Positions 24,701-39,777 of a stretch of DNA of 64,000 bases are shown here, piece after piece. The position numbers and the translations under genes are program-made. Each line of letters begins with the position of its first letter. Within the stretch, counting starts at the first letter, position 1. The stretch comes from Eledone cirrhosa (taxonomy: Eukaryota), in contig OZ024741.1 in NCBI GenBank assembly GCA_964016885.1, positions 134,044,001 through 134,108,000 of the forward strand. Reading direction: 5' to 3'. Below the pieces are notes generated by a model. That model ran no database searches, was not told the origin of the DNA, and saw nothing but the letters and a program-made list of their open reading frames with translations.

Positions 24701-24843
24701 GTACTGGGGCTAGACAGATCAGGTGACTATGCCTTGCTCATACATCCGTTGTTGGCTTGGCTTAGCTTCTATGGCAGGATGTCCTTCCATCACTTTACAG
24801 TGTGTACTGGAAGCATTTTATCAAGACTCCAACACTTACACCA

Positions 24844-24875
<32 letters not shown>

Positions 24876-24899
24876 CACACACATATATATACACATATA

Positions 24900-25420
24900 T
24901 CTCTATATATAAAGTTGTAGTTCCTATCTGTTTGTTTGGTTGGTTGGTTGTTTGTTTGTTTGTTCACAAACTCCTCCTATGGTTTTGGAGATAGACCCCC
25001 ATAACCATATATATTCTGAAACTACATTGCCCAGAGTACTTGGATAAGTATATTTCATTTTAATCAAAGGGTTCCCCGGGGGGCACAAATGCCTGCTGAA
25101 ATTTTTTTCCCTTCGATTTATATGAAATTTAAACCATAGGTAAATGACAAGATATGATGCCATTTCACAAAAGTTTTGAATTGATATTTTGAAAAAAATT
25201 ATTTACAAGAAACAAAATAAGAATAAGATTTAATAATGTAATTTTGATTTGATATATTACAAAAAATGTTTTCCAATGTTTCATGCATTACATTTTACAT
25301 TGAGTAATATTGAAATGCAGAGTTTTTCTCCATAAATTATATCACTGATTTAAAATCAATCATCATTTTCTTACAAAAAAAAATGTGTGAAACGCAGCAA
25401 GGCGCGGGTAATTCGGCTAG
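24900..25420 (+). mobile_element. Non-autonomous Helitron
   Basis: 5' TCTCTATATATAAAG, internal (GTTT/GGTT)n, 3' GC-rich CGCAGCAAGGCGCGGG then CTAG; inserted between A and T. Confidence 0.8.
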
Positions 25421-26908
25421 TATATATATCAGCAACAGTATTTTAAATTCTGCTAGCATTGGTTGGAAGAGAAGTTTTGAAACAATTTTTCTATGGTTAG
25501 ATGCTTTCTTTAACCATTGACAATATGAACATGCATGCTGTTAATCAATACACACACACATATATATATACAGCTTCTCATTACTAAGTTGGTGTTTGGA
25601 GCATAACTTAACAAAGGTTCTTACATAAAATTGTAATGGAAGTTCTTCTAAAATAACATGCCATAAAGACAGAAATACCTCCTTGACTGCTGAGGATGTA
25701 TTTGATTGAGTGAAAACAGAATCAACAGGTATGTATGTTTGGAGCGAACTGAGATTTGAAAGTAATCAGTATTGTCATCCAAAAGTAGAAATGCCTTGAG
25801 CTTGTTTCAAAATATTCTCACGGTAATGTTTGACAGCGGGGTACAAATATTCAGTGAATCATTCCGTAAACAAATTCAGTATAACTAAAGCTATAGAATT
25901 CCATATAACAGGAAAATTAGATTTGGAATCACATTTCATTACTGTGTCAGCATGATTAAACAAGCTTAAGTTTCAAGCCACCTTTTAACATTTGTGCCTC
26001 ACAACAGTATGAAATGATCTTTTGTTATTTTTTTATTCTGCTTCTTCTTTTCTTCCTTTGAGATAGGTTTTATGGGATAACCACTTCCAAAATAGCCTAC
26101 ATTTGTCTACATTAAAAACTAGATCCCGTGGGTATTTACTTCTGTCTAAGCCTTGAGTTATGATGAAAATTGTGATGAACCTGGATATTAGTGTGTGCGT
26201 GAGTGTGTAAATACACACACACACACACACATATTTATATAACTGGATAAAGATCCCATAACTCCTTGTGGAGTCGTAGAGGCATCATCATACGGCGTGT
26301 CTAAGGTATTTTTAAACCTGGCTAGGCCCAACCCTCTCTGGGTCTGAATGCAGCCGATTTTTTCTATAGAGTAAGAATCAACCCCAGTACTGGACTGGTA
26401 CTTATTTTATCGATCTCAAAAGGAGGAAAGGCAAAGTTGATCATGGCGGGATTTGAACTCAGAGCGCGCAATGAGGAGGAACAAATACTGTAAAGCATGG
26501 AGGCACATGGCTTAGTGGTTAGAGTATTGGCCTTGCAATCGAAAGGTTGTGAGTACAATTCTCAGACCGGTGATGTGTTGTTTCCTTGAGCAAGACACTT
26601 TATTTCACATTGCTCCAGTTTACTCAGCTGTAGAAATGAGATGATAGGGACTGGGGTCCCTATCATTCCACTGCAAAGTGGTCGTGGAGGTGCCACGGCA
26701 AAAAAGCACCCAGCACTCACTGTAAATGAGGTTGGTGTTAGGAAGGGCATCCAGCTGTAGAAATCAATGCAGAATCAGTTCCCGTCCCACCCTTGCAAGC
26801 AGGGAAAAGCGGACGTAAAATGATGATGATGACAATGATGATGATATATATGTATATATATATATATGTATATATATATGTATGTATATAAATATATATA
26901 TATATATA

Positions 26909-27110
26909 TGTAGGAGGTGAGTTTTATTGTAGTACAGTAAATGTTGATTTAAAACTGCACTATCCTCAAGTGTTTTTTAGCCTTCATATCATGTCTTCCT
27001 GTTTTATCTGATGAAAACACAAATATTATTGCATGATGATATTTGTTTTTGAAATGCACATAATAAAATACATGGAACTCTTTTAACCATCTTTTGTTCT
27101 TATATATTAT
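26909..27110. mobile_element. Tiny, older insertion of the 36.7-47.5 kb PLE family (inverted tail + pLTR piece) in (TA)n
   Basis: 26909-26936 is the reverse complement of 47520-47547; 26941-27110 matches 39503-39671 with substitutions. Confidence 0.85.
27002..27068 (+). ncRNA. Type-I hammerhead ribozyme (family 1, diverged copy)
   Basis: TTTTAT-CTGATGA-long helix II-GAAA-TGCACA-TA-ATAAAA. Confidence 0.7.
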
Positions 27111-27205
27111 GTATATATATATATATGTATATATATATATACATATGTATATATATATATACATATATATGTATATACATATATATATGTATATATATAT
27201 GTATG

Positions 27206-27240
<35 letters not shown>

Positions 27241-27257
27241 GTGTATATATATATATG

Positions 27258-30169
27258 TGTATCAAAAATGGAAGATCAAATTCCTGGAGGACTGGATTGA
27301 TGTCCATCCAAACCACATCCCTTTCTTCGTCCTCACTGAAACCCATCTCAGTAACCTCCACTTGGAAGCCGAGGTGAAAGTGAAAAATTTCAAAGCCATC
27401 CGTGCTGATCGCGCTGGCAGAAGAAAGGGCGGAACTGCCATTTATGTCCATAATTCTTTCTCAACAGAGGCTATGAACATATTCACTAATGGATACTGTG
27501 AGGCAGTCACTGTATTCAGTCAAACCAACAACCTATTAGTAGTTGGGCTCTATAGGCCACCCCAAACGCCTGTACCATGCTTCAAGGAATGCCTCAACAG
27601 CATAAAGTGTTTCATCCAAGAGTGTCACCCTGACAACATCTTGATGATGGGGGACTTCAACCTCCCCGGAGTTGACTGGTCCACAAACACCCTGCCACCA
27701 GGTTCTTCTGCCTCAACCTCTGACAGGGAAGCTGTGGAATCGCTTCTTGACTTCATGGATGATTTCTTCCTATCCCAACTAGTGCTCGAACCAACGAGGT
27801 GCCACAAAAACGTCCTAGACTTAATTTTCAGCAATCACACTGACAATATCCACAATATTGCAGTGGAGAAAACTCTACTCTCTGATCATGACATGGTTCT
27901 CTGTGATCTGAGTTTCCACCGTCCAATATACAAACCCAATGTCATTTCTCCTGTCCATCCGTTTGACGCTATGGATTTCCACAATGCAAACTGGGAAGCG
28001 ATCAGTCATGATCTTGCACATGTCGACTGGTCCTTCACGCACACTCATACACCCACTAACATCAAAAAGTCCTGGCAGACATTTGTGGACACTGTTACAA
28101 ACATATGTGCTAAACACACCCCATTAAGAACTATAAACAAATCTAAGAGCAGAATCCCTAGAAATAGAAAAACACTCATCAGAAAAATTAAGAGAACGAA
28201 CAAAAAAATCAACAAGCTGAAATACTGTCAGCAGCAACACATCAACTTGACTGCCATTTCATCACTAGAGATTAAAAAACATAACCTCCAAAACAACATA
28301 ATGTCCCTCATCAACAATCAGAGAAGAGCTGAAGAGGCCTGGGCCATTGAGAAGATCAAACTCAATCCCAAAGTGTTCTTTTCATTTGCAAAAAAACACA
28401 AAATCACTGGCTCTACTGTTGGCCCTCTAATTGATGAAAATGGCACTCTTCAAGACAATGCTAAAACCATGGGTGAGATACTGCAGAAACAATACTGCTC
28501 TGTTTTCAGCAATCCTGATATGGCCGATCTGGGCTGTATCGGCGATGTTACTCCCCATTACACCTTATCGGACATAACGTTTGGCGCCCCTGATGTCTTG
28601 GCGGCAATAAAGGAAATCAAGCATAATTCAGCAGTAGGTCCCGATAGGTTCCCTGCTTGTGTCTTGAAGGCGTGTCAACACCAACTTGCTTCTCCTCTTG
28701 CCAATCTGTGGCGGAACTCACTGGATGCTGGATATGTGCCAGAAAACCTTCTATCCCAGTCTGTTGTCCCAGTTTTCAAAAAGGGAAACAAATCCCTTGC
28801 CGTGAATTACCGTCCAATCTCACTCACCTCTCATATCATTAAGGTATTTGAGCGAGTGGTGAGATCGCGAATGACCCACTTCCTTGAGAGTAACAATATG
28901 CTGAACTCCAACCAGCATGGATTCCGTAATGGAAGGGATTGCCTGACGCAACTACTGCATCACTTTGATGACATTTTGAGAGCCTTGGGAGAGGGTTCCA
29001 ACACTGATGTTATCTACCTTGATTTCAGCAAGGCCTTTGACAGGGTTGATCATAACATTCTACTGAGAAAGCTGTCCAATATTGGTGTCACTGGAAAGCT
29101 GCTGCAGTGGATCAAGAGCTTCCTGTCAAACAGAACCCAACATGTTGTAGTTGAGGGAGTCAAATCAAGCCCAGCCAAAGTCAGTAGTGGAGTCCCACAA
29201 GGCACTGTGTTGGGCCCACTTCTCTTCATCATCTATATTAATGACATCACTGACATCATCAAACACAGCAACATTAAAATTTTCGCTGATGATTCCAAGC
29301 TCCAAAAGGTCATCAATGGCGTGGATGACCGGATAAGCCTTCAGTCAGACCTACTGGCTGTTACCCAATGGGCAGAAAAGAACAACATGTTACTGAACGA
29401 AGATAAATTCGAACTGATCCACTTTGGAAAAGAGGATGCTCTGAAACTCCCGTACTCCCTTCCCTCCGGGGAAACTCTCGTGGCATCTAACAACATCAGA
29501 GACTTGGGAGTAACCGTGGACAGCAACATAAGCTGGACCACGCATATAAGCAGCAAAGTTGACATGGCCCGCAGAATGTGTTCCTGGATCCTCAGAACCT
29601 TCCAGTCGAGAGATTCCCGCACCATTATCCTTCTCTTCTCTACTTTCGCCCGACCACACCTTGAATACTGTTGTCCACTGTGGTCTCCCCACACGAAACA
29701 AAGTATCATGAAACTTGAAGCTCCTCAAAGGGCAATCACGAAAAAGATAGATGGCATGTCAGACCTTGACTACTGGGGTCGATTGGAAAACCTGAAACTT
29801 TACTCACTCCAACGTCGCCGTGAGCGTTATATTATCTGCATGATGTGGAAAATGTTCCATCATCACTGCCCAAATGATGTTGGCATCGCCTTCAAGATAC
29901 ACCCAAGGCTTGGGCCCCGTGCTATCCGTCCCATTCAAAAATCTAAATCGCAACTCATAACAACAATACGGCACAATTATTTCACCTCAATCGGCCCTGC
30001 TCTCTTCAACATCACACCAGGACACGTCAAAACAGAAACTGACCACACAAAATTCAAGAAGTCTTTGGACAAATTCCTCCAAGTAATCCCGGACAAACCA
30101 CCCACACCCGGATATGTCTCCGCAAACAGTAATTCTCTTCTCGAATGGGCCATGGTGCCCAAATCCTGA
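27258..30169 (+). CDS. CR1-group non-LTR ORF2 (APE + RT), open but truncated just inside the endonuclease N-terminus
   Basis: LTETHL, GLYRPP, MGDFN, LDLIF, SDHD; [54 protein letters not shown]. The ORF-track N-terminus 27125-27257 is (TA)n. Confidence 0.9.
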
Positions 30170-30260
30170 ATTGAAAGACTTCGCCAGGTGGTGCTATTAA
30201 GTTAGACATGGCCTGGGCCAATACTGGCCAAAACATTTCAAAGTTATTATTCAAAGTTAT
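27258..30260 (+). mobile_element. 5'-truncated CR1-group LINE inserted in (TA)n, with a short structured 3' UTR
   Basis: 3' UTR of ~90 nt with GGCCAATACTGGCC hairpin and duplicated TTCAAAGTTAT; TA/TG tracts on both sides; homolog at 60711-61652. Confidence 0.85.
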
Positions 30261-30281
30261 GTATATATATATATACATATG

Positions 30282-30356
<75 letters not shown>

Positions 30357-30596
30357 GTATATACATATATATATATGTATATACATATATATATATGTAT
30401 ATACATATATATATATGTATATACATATATATATATGTATATACATATATATATATGTATATACATATATATATATGTATATACATATATATATATGTAT
30501 ATACATATATATATATGTATATACATATATATATGTATATACATATATATATGTATATACATATATATATGTATATACATATATATATGTATATAC

Positions 30597-30627
<31 letters not shown>

Positions 30628-30681
30628 CATATATATATATACATATATATATATGTATATATATATACATATATATATATG

Positions 30682-30732
<51 letters not shown>

Positions 30733-30931
30733 GTATATATATATACATATATATATATGTATATATATATATACATATATATGTATATATATATATATAT
30801 GTATATATATGTATATATATATATATAAATGAAGTAATTCCGTCGGAAAAGTCCAGGAAAAAAGAGTGCTCTATGTAGGTAACAGAGCTTAATTATTATT
30901 ATGTAATAAACAACATTTATTATATATATAT

Positions 30932-31037
30932 ATCATCATCATCAACGTTTAACGTCCGTGTTCCACGCTTGCATGGGTTTGGACGGGGGTTTTCCCACTT
31001 GAGGCAAGAGTGATTGTCTTGCTCGCATAGGACTGTC

Positions 31038-31038
<1 letters not shown>
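30932..31038 (-). mobile_element. RTE subfamily A extreme 3' tail only
   Basis: Reverse complement of ~12695-12800 including the (GAT)n tail. Confidence 0.85.
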
Positions 31039-31130
<92 letters not shown>

Positions 31131-31182
31131 GTATATATATATGTATATGTATATATATATGTATATATATATATGTATATAT

Positions 31183-32331
31183 ATCATCATCATCATCACC
31201 GTTTTACGTCCGTTCTTCCACGCTAGCATGGGTTAGACGGGTTGTCCTGTTGTGGGCAGTGTCTGGTCGGCTGACCATGCCTTGCTCATACAGGAACTGA
31301 TCTGGCTTGATTTCTACAGCTGGATGCCCTTCCTAACACCAACCTCATTTACAGTGAGTGCTGGGTGCTTTTTCGTGGCGCCTACACGTCCACTTTACAG
31401 TGTGGGCTGGGTGCTTTTTTGCCATGGCACCTCCACGACCACCTTGCGGTGGGGGGGGGGGGCATATTGTTTATATGCTGCAGCATGTACCCATGGGAGG
31501 TCGGGTACCCTGTATTACTGCGTGACGCCAGAAGTCACGGTCGTGTGTCATTGACTTTGAGAGGTGTAGTTGGGTAAGGTCGGCTTTTATCACCTCATCC
31601 CAAGTCATCTTGGGTCTCCCCACTCCGCGGTTTCCATCAACTTCTAGTGCTCTGCACCTTTTTATGCAGCTGTCATCCTTCATACGCATCACATGTCCAT
31701 ACCAGCGTAACCGCCTCTCCTGCACGCAGCATTTGATTCCTCTTATGCTCAGTCTCTCTCTCAATTCATTTATGCTTTGTCGTTCACGTATATTACTGTT
31801 ACACATCCATCGGAGCATGCAGGCTTCGTTTCTCTCTAATCTACGTAAGTCTTCCACCTTCAGCGCCCAGGTCTCACTACCATGCAACATCGCTGTTCGG
31901 ATACACGCATCATACAGTCTGCCTTTCATTCTGAGGGAGAAGCCTTTTGCAGCTAGCAGTGGTAGTAGTTCCCTAAACGTCTTCCATCCCGTTCTTACCC
32001 TAGTTATTGTACTTTCTGAGCACCCACCTCCGTTGCTAATTCGGTCACCTAGGTAGCAGAAGCTGTCTACTGTTTCTACAGGGCCCTCCCAGAGATTGGT
32101 GGTACTTGTTTCCTGTGGCTGTTTGCTTGCTGTTTCAGCACAGCTGCTGCATGTGAATCCTACATTCTTAATTAAGCTTCCTGAGATCCCGCTACATCTC
32201 TTGTGTACCCATTGTTTGCATTTGGGGCAAAGAATGGAGTTCCTACCTACACCTTTCCTACATACTGAGCAAGGCCATTTCCCTGAGGGGATCTGGGTTC
32301 TGTTTTCTCGTCTACTTATAAGGACCTTAGT
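31183..32331 (-). pseudogene. 5'-truncated RTE (subfamily B): PHD + C-terminal region + 3' UTR
   Basis: TKVL...[29 protein letters not shown]...VDSFCYLGD...RRLRWYGH; tail and 5' end both abut (TA)n. Confidence 0.9.
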
Positions 32332-32383
32332 ATATGTATATATATATGTATATGTATATATATATGGACCTATGTATATGTAT

Positions 32384-32417
<34 letters not shown>

Positions 32418-32447
32418 GTATATATATGTATATATATATATATATGT

Positions 32448-32497
<50 letters not shown>

Positions 32498-32527
32498 GTA
32501 TATATGTATATATATATATGTATATAT

Positions 32528-35026
32528 ATCATCATCATCAACGTTTAACGTCCGTGTTCCACGCTTGCATGGGTTTGGACGGGGGTATTCCCACTTGAGG
32601 CAAGAGTGATTGTCTTGCTCGCGTAGGACTGTCTGGCAGGTTTTCTACAGTTGGATGCCCTTCCTAACACCAACCACATTTACAGTGTGGGTCTGGGAGG
32701 TTTTTACCGTGTTGCCTACACGGCCACATTACAGCGTGGACTGTGTGTTTTTTTGTCGTGACACCTACACGATCTCATTTGTTTCGGCCTGGATGGTGTG
32801 GCACCAACATAACTTTACATAGGAGGGGGTGGTGGGACGGGGGTGTATTTTGTTAGAGATGCCTACTGGCTGTAGTAGGTTTTACTATGTATTTAGGTAA
32901 GGCGGGTCTTCTCTATTACTGAGTACCGCCAAAGGTCTCGGTCCAGTGACATTGTCTTGGAGAGGTGTAAGTGTGTGAGGTCGGAGTTTATCAGCTCGTC
33001 CCAGGTTTTTCTAGGTCTGCCTATTCCGTGGCTACCGTCTATCTTTATTGCCCTGCACTTTGCTATACAGCTATCGACTTTCATGCGCATCACGTGTCCA
33101 TACCAACGTAGCCTTCTCTCGAGTAAACAACATCTGATCCCTCTTATTTCTAATTTTTTCCTTAGTTCGTTTATGCTTTGCCGTTCACGTATATTACTAT
33201 TACACATCCAGCGGAGCATGCAAGCTTCGTTCCTCTCTAGTCTGCGTATATCCTCTGCACACAATGCCCAGGTCTCACTGCCATGCAACATTGCTGTTCG
33301 TATGCAGGCATCATACAACCTGCCTTTCATTTTTAGGGAGAACCCTTTAGCAGCTAATAGTGGTATAAGCTCTCTGAACTTTTTCCATCCAGTTCTGACT
33401 CTAGCTACTGTATTTTCAGAGCACCCTCCTCCACTGCTGATTTTGTCACCCAGGTAACGGAAGCTGTCCACTATTTCTATAGAGCCCGCTGCGCAGTTGT
33501 AAGAGCTAGTATTTTGTGGGCACTTGCTGCTACTTATTGCACCAGAGCACCGGCCACATTTAAAATCTATGTTCTTAGTTAGCTTACCTGTGATCCCACT
33601 ACATCTTTTATGCACCCATACTTTGCATTTGGGACATAAAATGGAGTTTCTACCTACGCCTTTCCTACACACTGAGCATGGCCATTTCCCGGAAGGGACT
33701 GCCGCCTTATTTTCTTTACTACAAACTAGAACTTTAATCTTAGCCAGGTTAATTTTAAGGCCTTTTGATTCTAGGCCGTGCTTCCATGTTTGGAATTTCT
33801 TCTCTAGCTCGGCCATTGATTCAGCTATGAGTATCAGGTCGTCTGCGTATAGGAGTTCCCATGGGCAGCCGGTCTTGAACTCCTCTGTTATAACCTGAAG
33901 GGCAATAATAAATAGTAGAGGGCTGAGAACAGAGCCCTGATGGACGCCAACTTTTATGCTAAACTCTTCACTATATTCGTTGTTAATTCTAACCTTCCTG
34001 ACTGTTTCTTTATACATGGCTTGTATAGCTCTCACAAGCCATTCGTCAACACCTAGTTTTCTAAGGGCCCACCAGATAATGGAACGGGGGACTCTGTCGA
34101 AGGCTTTCTCCAAGTCGACAAAAGCTAAGTAGAGGGGTTTACCTTTAGCTAGGTACTTCTCCTGTAGTTGACGTACAATGAAAAGAGCGTCTGTGGTACT
34201 TTTGCCTGACACAAACCCGAACTGCATTTCATCTAGGTCAATTCTCTCTCTGATTAGTTGCGCTATTACTTTTTCCGTGACCTTCATGACCTGGTCGATT
34301 AATTTAATGCCTCTATAGTTACTCCTATCAAGGGCATCTCCTTTACCCTTATAACAGTTAACGATGATGCTGCTATGCCAGTCCTTCGGAACAACCCCAT
34401 TCTGTACGACTTGGTTAACTATGCGGGTGACCATGGTGTGTCCCACCGTGCCAGATGCCTTCAGCATCTCAGCAGCTATTTCCGAAGGCCCAGCCGCCTT
34501 ACCCGTCTTCATATCCTTGATTGCCTTACTTATTATACTCCCCTCGACTAACACTGCTGGTCCCTCTATTGGGTCGATGTGGGGGAGACTGTCTTTCTCC
34601 CATTTATTCTCCTCATTTAGTAGCCTTTCATAGTGACACTTCCAAGCTACCTTCTTATCAGCGTCGGTGATGGCAAGTACGCCGTCATCATTAAGTACAC
34701 ACTTCTCCCCGACAATATCACGGTTTTCCTTGACACATTGCCTAGCAATCCTGAACACCTCACGTTTTTGGTCCTCGTGTTGTAGAACATGCTTGAACTT
34801 TCTTTCCTCTGCTTCCCTTCTTGCGAAGTACACTTGTCTCCTAGCTTCCCTCCTGGCCACTTGATAGTGTTCTCTACTTCCCCCATCCCGCCATACTTTC
34901 CAAGCCTGCTTTTTGGCCTTAATTGACCCCTCCACCTTACTGTTCCACCACCATGTTACTCTCCTTCTGCCAACAGGCCTGCTCCAGCCACAGACTTCGT
35001 CTGTCGCCATCAGCAGGTTTGCTTTC

Positions 35027-35027
<1 letters not shown>
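32528..35027 (-). pseudogene. 5'-truncated RTE (subfamily A): RT-PHD-C-terminus still open (stop at 32893), lacks the endonuclease
   Basis: Highly similar to the 9212-12445 protein from KANLL onward; the upstream ORF-track sequence is (TA)n. Confidence 0.92.
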
Positions 35028-36697
<1,670 letters not shown>

Positions 36698-36734
36698 ATA
36701 TAAGATCAAAAGATGGTTAAAGGAGTTCAATATA

Positions 36735-36801
36735 TTTTATTATGCGCATTTCAAAAACAAACATCATCAAACAATAATATTTGTGTTTTCATCAGATAAA
36801 A
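36735..36801 (-). ncRNA. Type-I hammerhead ribozyme (family 1) in the inverted pLTR
   Basis: Reverse complement of 39565-39631. Confidence 0.8.
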
Positions 36802-37950
36802 CAGGAGAACATGATATGAAGGCTAAAAAAACACTTGTTGATAGTGCAGTTTTAAATCAACATATGAAAAGTGGTTTTAGATTGATGTGTGATATTGGGA
36901 AAAATATTTTATTTAGAGAGGGGGGGAGAGAAAAGGATGAAAAGGGAAGGAGATGAGAGGGAGAGATGGGTGATAGAGAGAAAGAGATAGTTTTTATAAC
37001 AGAGAGGAGATATATTTTATATAGAGGGGTTGAAAACCGTTGGAAGATACTGTATAAATTAAAAATTTTGAAAATTAACGAAGGGAGGATATGTGCGAGG
37101 AAAAAATATATTATATTTAGGGAGGGGTGGGGGTGGAAAGGATGAAAAAAAGGGAGGAGATGAGAGTGAAGGTGGAAAGGGAGAGATGGGTGATAGAGAG
37201 AAAGAGATAGTTTTTATAACTGAGAAAAAGATATAATGTTTTAATATAGAGAGGTTGGGAACCGTTGGAAGATAATGTATAAATTAAAGGAATTTGAAAA
37301 TTAACGAAGGGAAATTATGTATGGAGATAGAGAGAAAAAAATAACGAAGGGAGATTATGTATGGAGATAGAGAGAAAAAAATAATAATTGTGGGTGAATA
37401 TTCAAAAGGAGAAATGTAGGAATCTTAAAATTAGCAAAGAGAAAAAGTTTATGTATAGGATTTGAGAAAAATTTATATTGAATTCATATGTATTAATAAT
37501 GAGTTCGTTGATGGGGAGAAAAAAAAAATAATAATAATAAATTAAGGATGAAATTGAGATTAAAAAGATTTATGATAGAGAGAAAAAATAATAATGATTG
37601 CGGATGAATACTCAAAATGTCAAAAACAAATGTTATTGTTTTACGAAGAGATATAATGAGGGTGATGAGTAAACGGGTATTATAGAGTGTATAATGCCCT
37701 TTAAAGTAAGGTAGATGGGTATATTTTAAAGAATATATGAGTATATATTAAAAAAAATATATATAATAATAAATTAAGGATGAAATTGAGATTAAAAAGA
37801 TTTATGATAGAGGGAAAAAAAAAAAAAAAAAAAAAAATAATAATGATTGCGGATGAATATTCAAAATGTCAAAAACAAATGTTATTGTTTTACGAGAAGA
37901 TAGGATGAGGTAAATGAATAAACGAGTACTATAGAGTGTATAATGCCCTT

Positions 37951-38329
37951 TAAAAACTTAATTTATGAATGTAAAATTATAACTAGCACCAACTCCTTCA
38001 CCTATTTTGGCTCCACTTCCACCTCTTTTAAAGCTCGTCTCTATAATCATCATTCATCTTTCAAATACAAACTTAAAAGAACTAACACTGCTCTCTCAGA
38101 ACTCATATGGTCCTTAAAAGACAAAAACATTAAATATAACATCTTTTGGAAAAAGATTTCTTCTGCATCCTCGTACTTGAACAGTTCTCTATCTAAAATC
38201 TGTAATCTCTGCCTAAATGAAAAATTTACCATTATCTCTAACCTAGAATCCATAATAAATAGACGCTCGGATTTGTTTTCCATCTGCCTTCATAAATTCC
38301 ATAGAACTTTTCACAAAGTATACAGTTAA
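37951..38329 (+). pseudogene. 5'-truncated PLE ORF end (GIY-YIG domain only)
   Basis: KNLIYECKI...FHKVYS identical to the C-terminus of the 820-aa ORF; the ORF-track ATG comes from the inversion junction. Confidence 0.9.
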
Positions 38330-39564
38330 TATTCAATTCTTTATCAATTTAGAATCTTTTCTCAAAGGCACATATACATACACCTCTTTAAAATATACCC
38401 ATCTACCTTACTTTAAAGGGCATTATACACTCTATAGTACTCGTTTATTCATTTACCTCATCCTATCTTCTCGTAAAACAATAACATTTGTTTTTGACAT
38501 TTTGAATATTCATCCGCAATCATTATTATTTTTTTTTTTTTTTTTTTTTTTCCCTCTATCATAAATCTTTTTAATCTCAATTTCATCCTTAATTTATTAT
38601 TATATATATTTTTTTTAATATATACTCATATATTCTTTAAAATATACCCATCTACCTTACTTTAAAGGGCATTATACACTCTATAATACCCGTTTACTCA
38701 TCACCCTCATTATATCTCTTCGTAAAACAATAACATTTGTTTTTGACATTTTGAGTATTCATCCGCAATCATTATTATTTTTTCTCTCTATCATAAATCT
38801 TTTTAATCTCAATTTCATCCTTAATTTATTATTATTATTTTTTTTTTCTCCCCATCAACGAACTCATTATTAATACATATGAATTCAATATAAATTTTTC
38901 TCAAATCCTATACATAAACTTTTTCTCTTTGCTAATTTTAAGATTCCTACATTTCTCCTTTTGAATATTCACCCACAATTATTATTTTTTTCTCTCTATC
39001 TCCATACATAATCTCCCTTCGTTATTTTTTTCTCTCTATCTCCATACATAATTTCCCTTCGTTAATTTTCAAATTCCTTTAATTTATACATTATCTTCCA
39101 ACGGTTCCCAACCTCTCTATATTAAAACATTATATCTTTTTCTCAGTTATAAAAACTATCTCTTTCTCTCTATCACCCATCTCTCCCTTTCCACCTTCAC
39201 TCTCATCTCCTCCCTTTTTTTCATCCTTTCCACCCCCACCCCTCCCTAAATATAATATATTTTTTCCTCGCACATATCCTCCCTTCGTTAATTTTCAAAA
39301 TTTTTAATTTATACAGTATCTTCCAACGGTTTTCAACCCCTCTATATAAAATATATCTCCTCTCTGTTATAAAAACTATCTCTTTCTCTCTATCACCCAT
39401 CTCTCCCTCTCATCTCCTTCCCTTTTCATCCTTTTCTCTCCCCCCCTCTCTAAATAAAATATTTTTCCCAATATCACACATCAATCTAAAACCACTTTTC
39501 ATATGTTGATTTAAAACTGCACTATCAACAAGTGTTTTTTTAGCCTTCATATCATGTTCTCCTG

Positions 39565-39631
39565 TTTTATCTGATGAAAACACAAATATTATTGTTTGAT
39601 GATGTTTGTTTTTGAAATGCGCATAATAAAA
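39565..39631 (+). ncRNA. Type-I hammerhead ribozyme (family 1)
   Basis: TTTTAT-CTGATGA-AAACACAAATATTATTGTTTGATGATGTTTGTTTTT-GAAA-TGCGCA-TA-ATAAAA; palindromic helix III; predicted cut after 39625. Confidence 0.85.
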
Positions 39632-39777
39632 TATATTGAACTCCTTTAACCATCTTTTGATCTTATATTATGCATACTCCAGTCCCACAAACTGTAGAGT
39701 GCTTCTTATCCGATATCCGCATTGCTTTATTGTACTACAATAAAACTCACCTCCTACATTTACTTGCTCCTTAACGG

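Noticed and set aside
25688-25725. CTGAGGA...GAAA spacing
   Set aside because: The intervening sequence does not form helix II and the flanks do not pair
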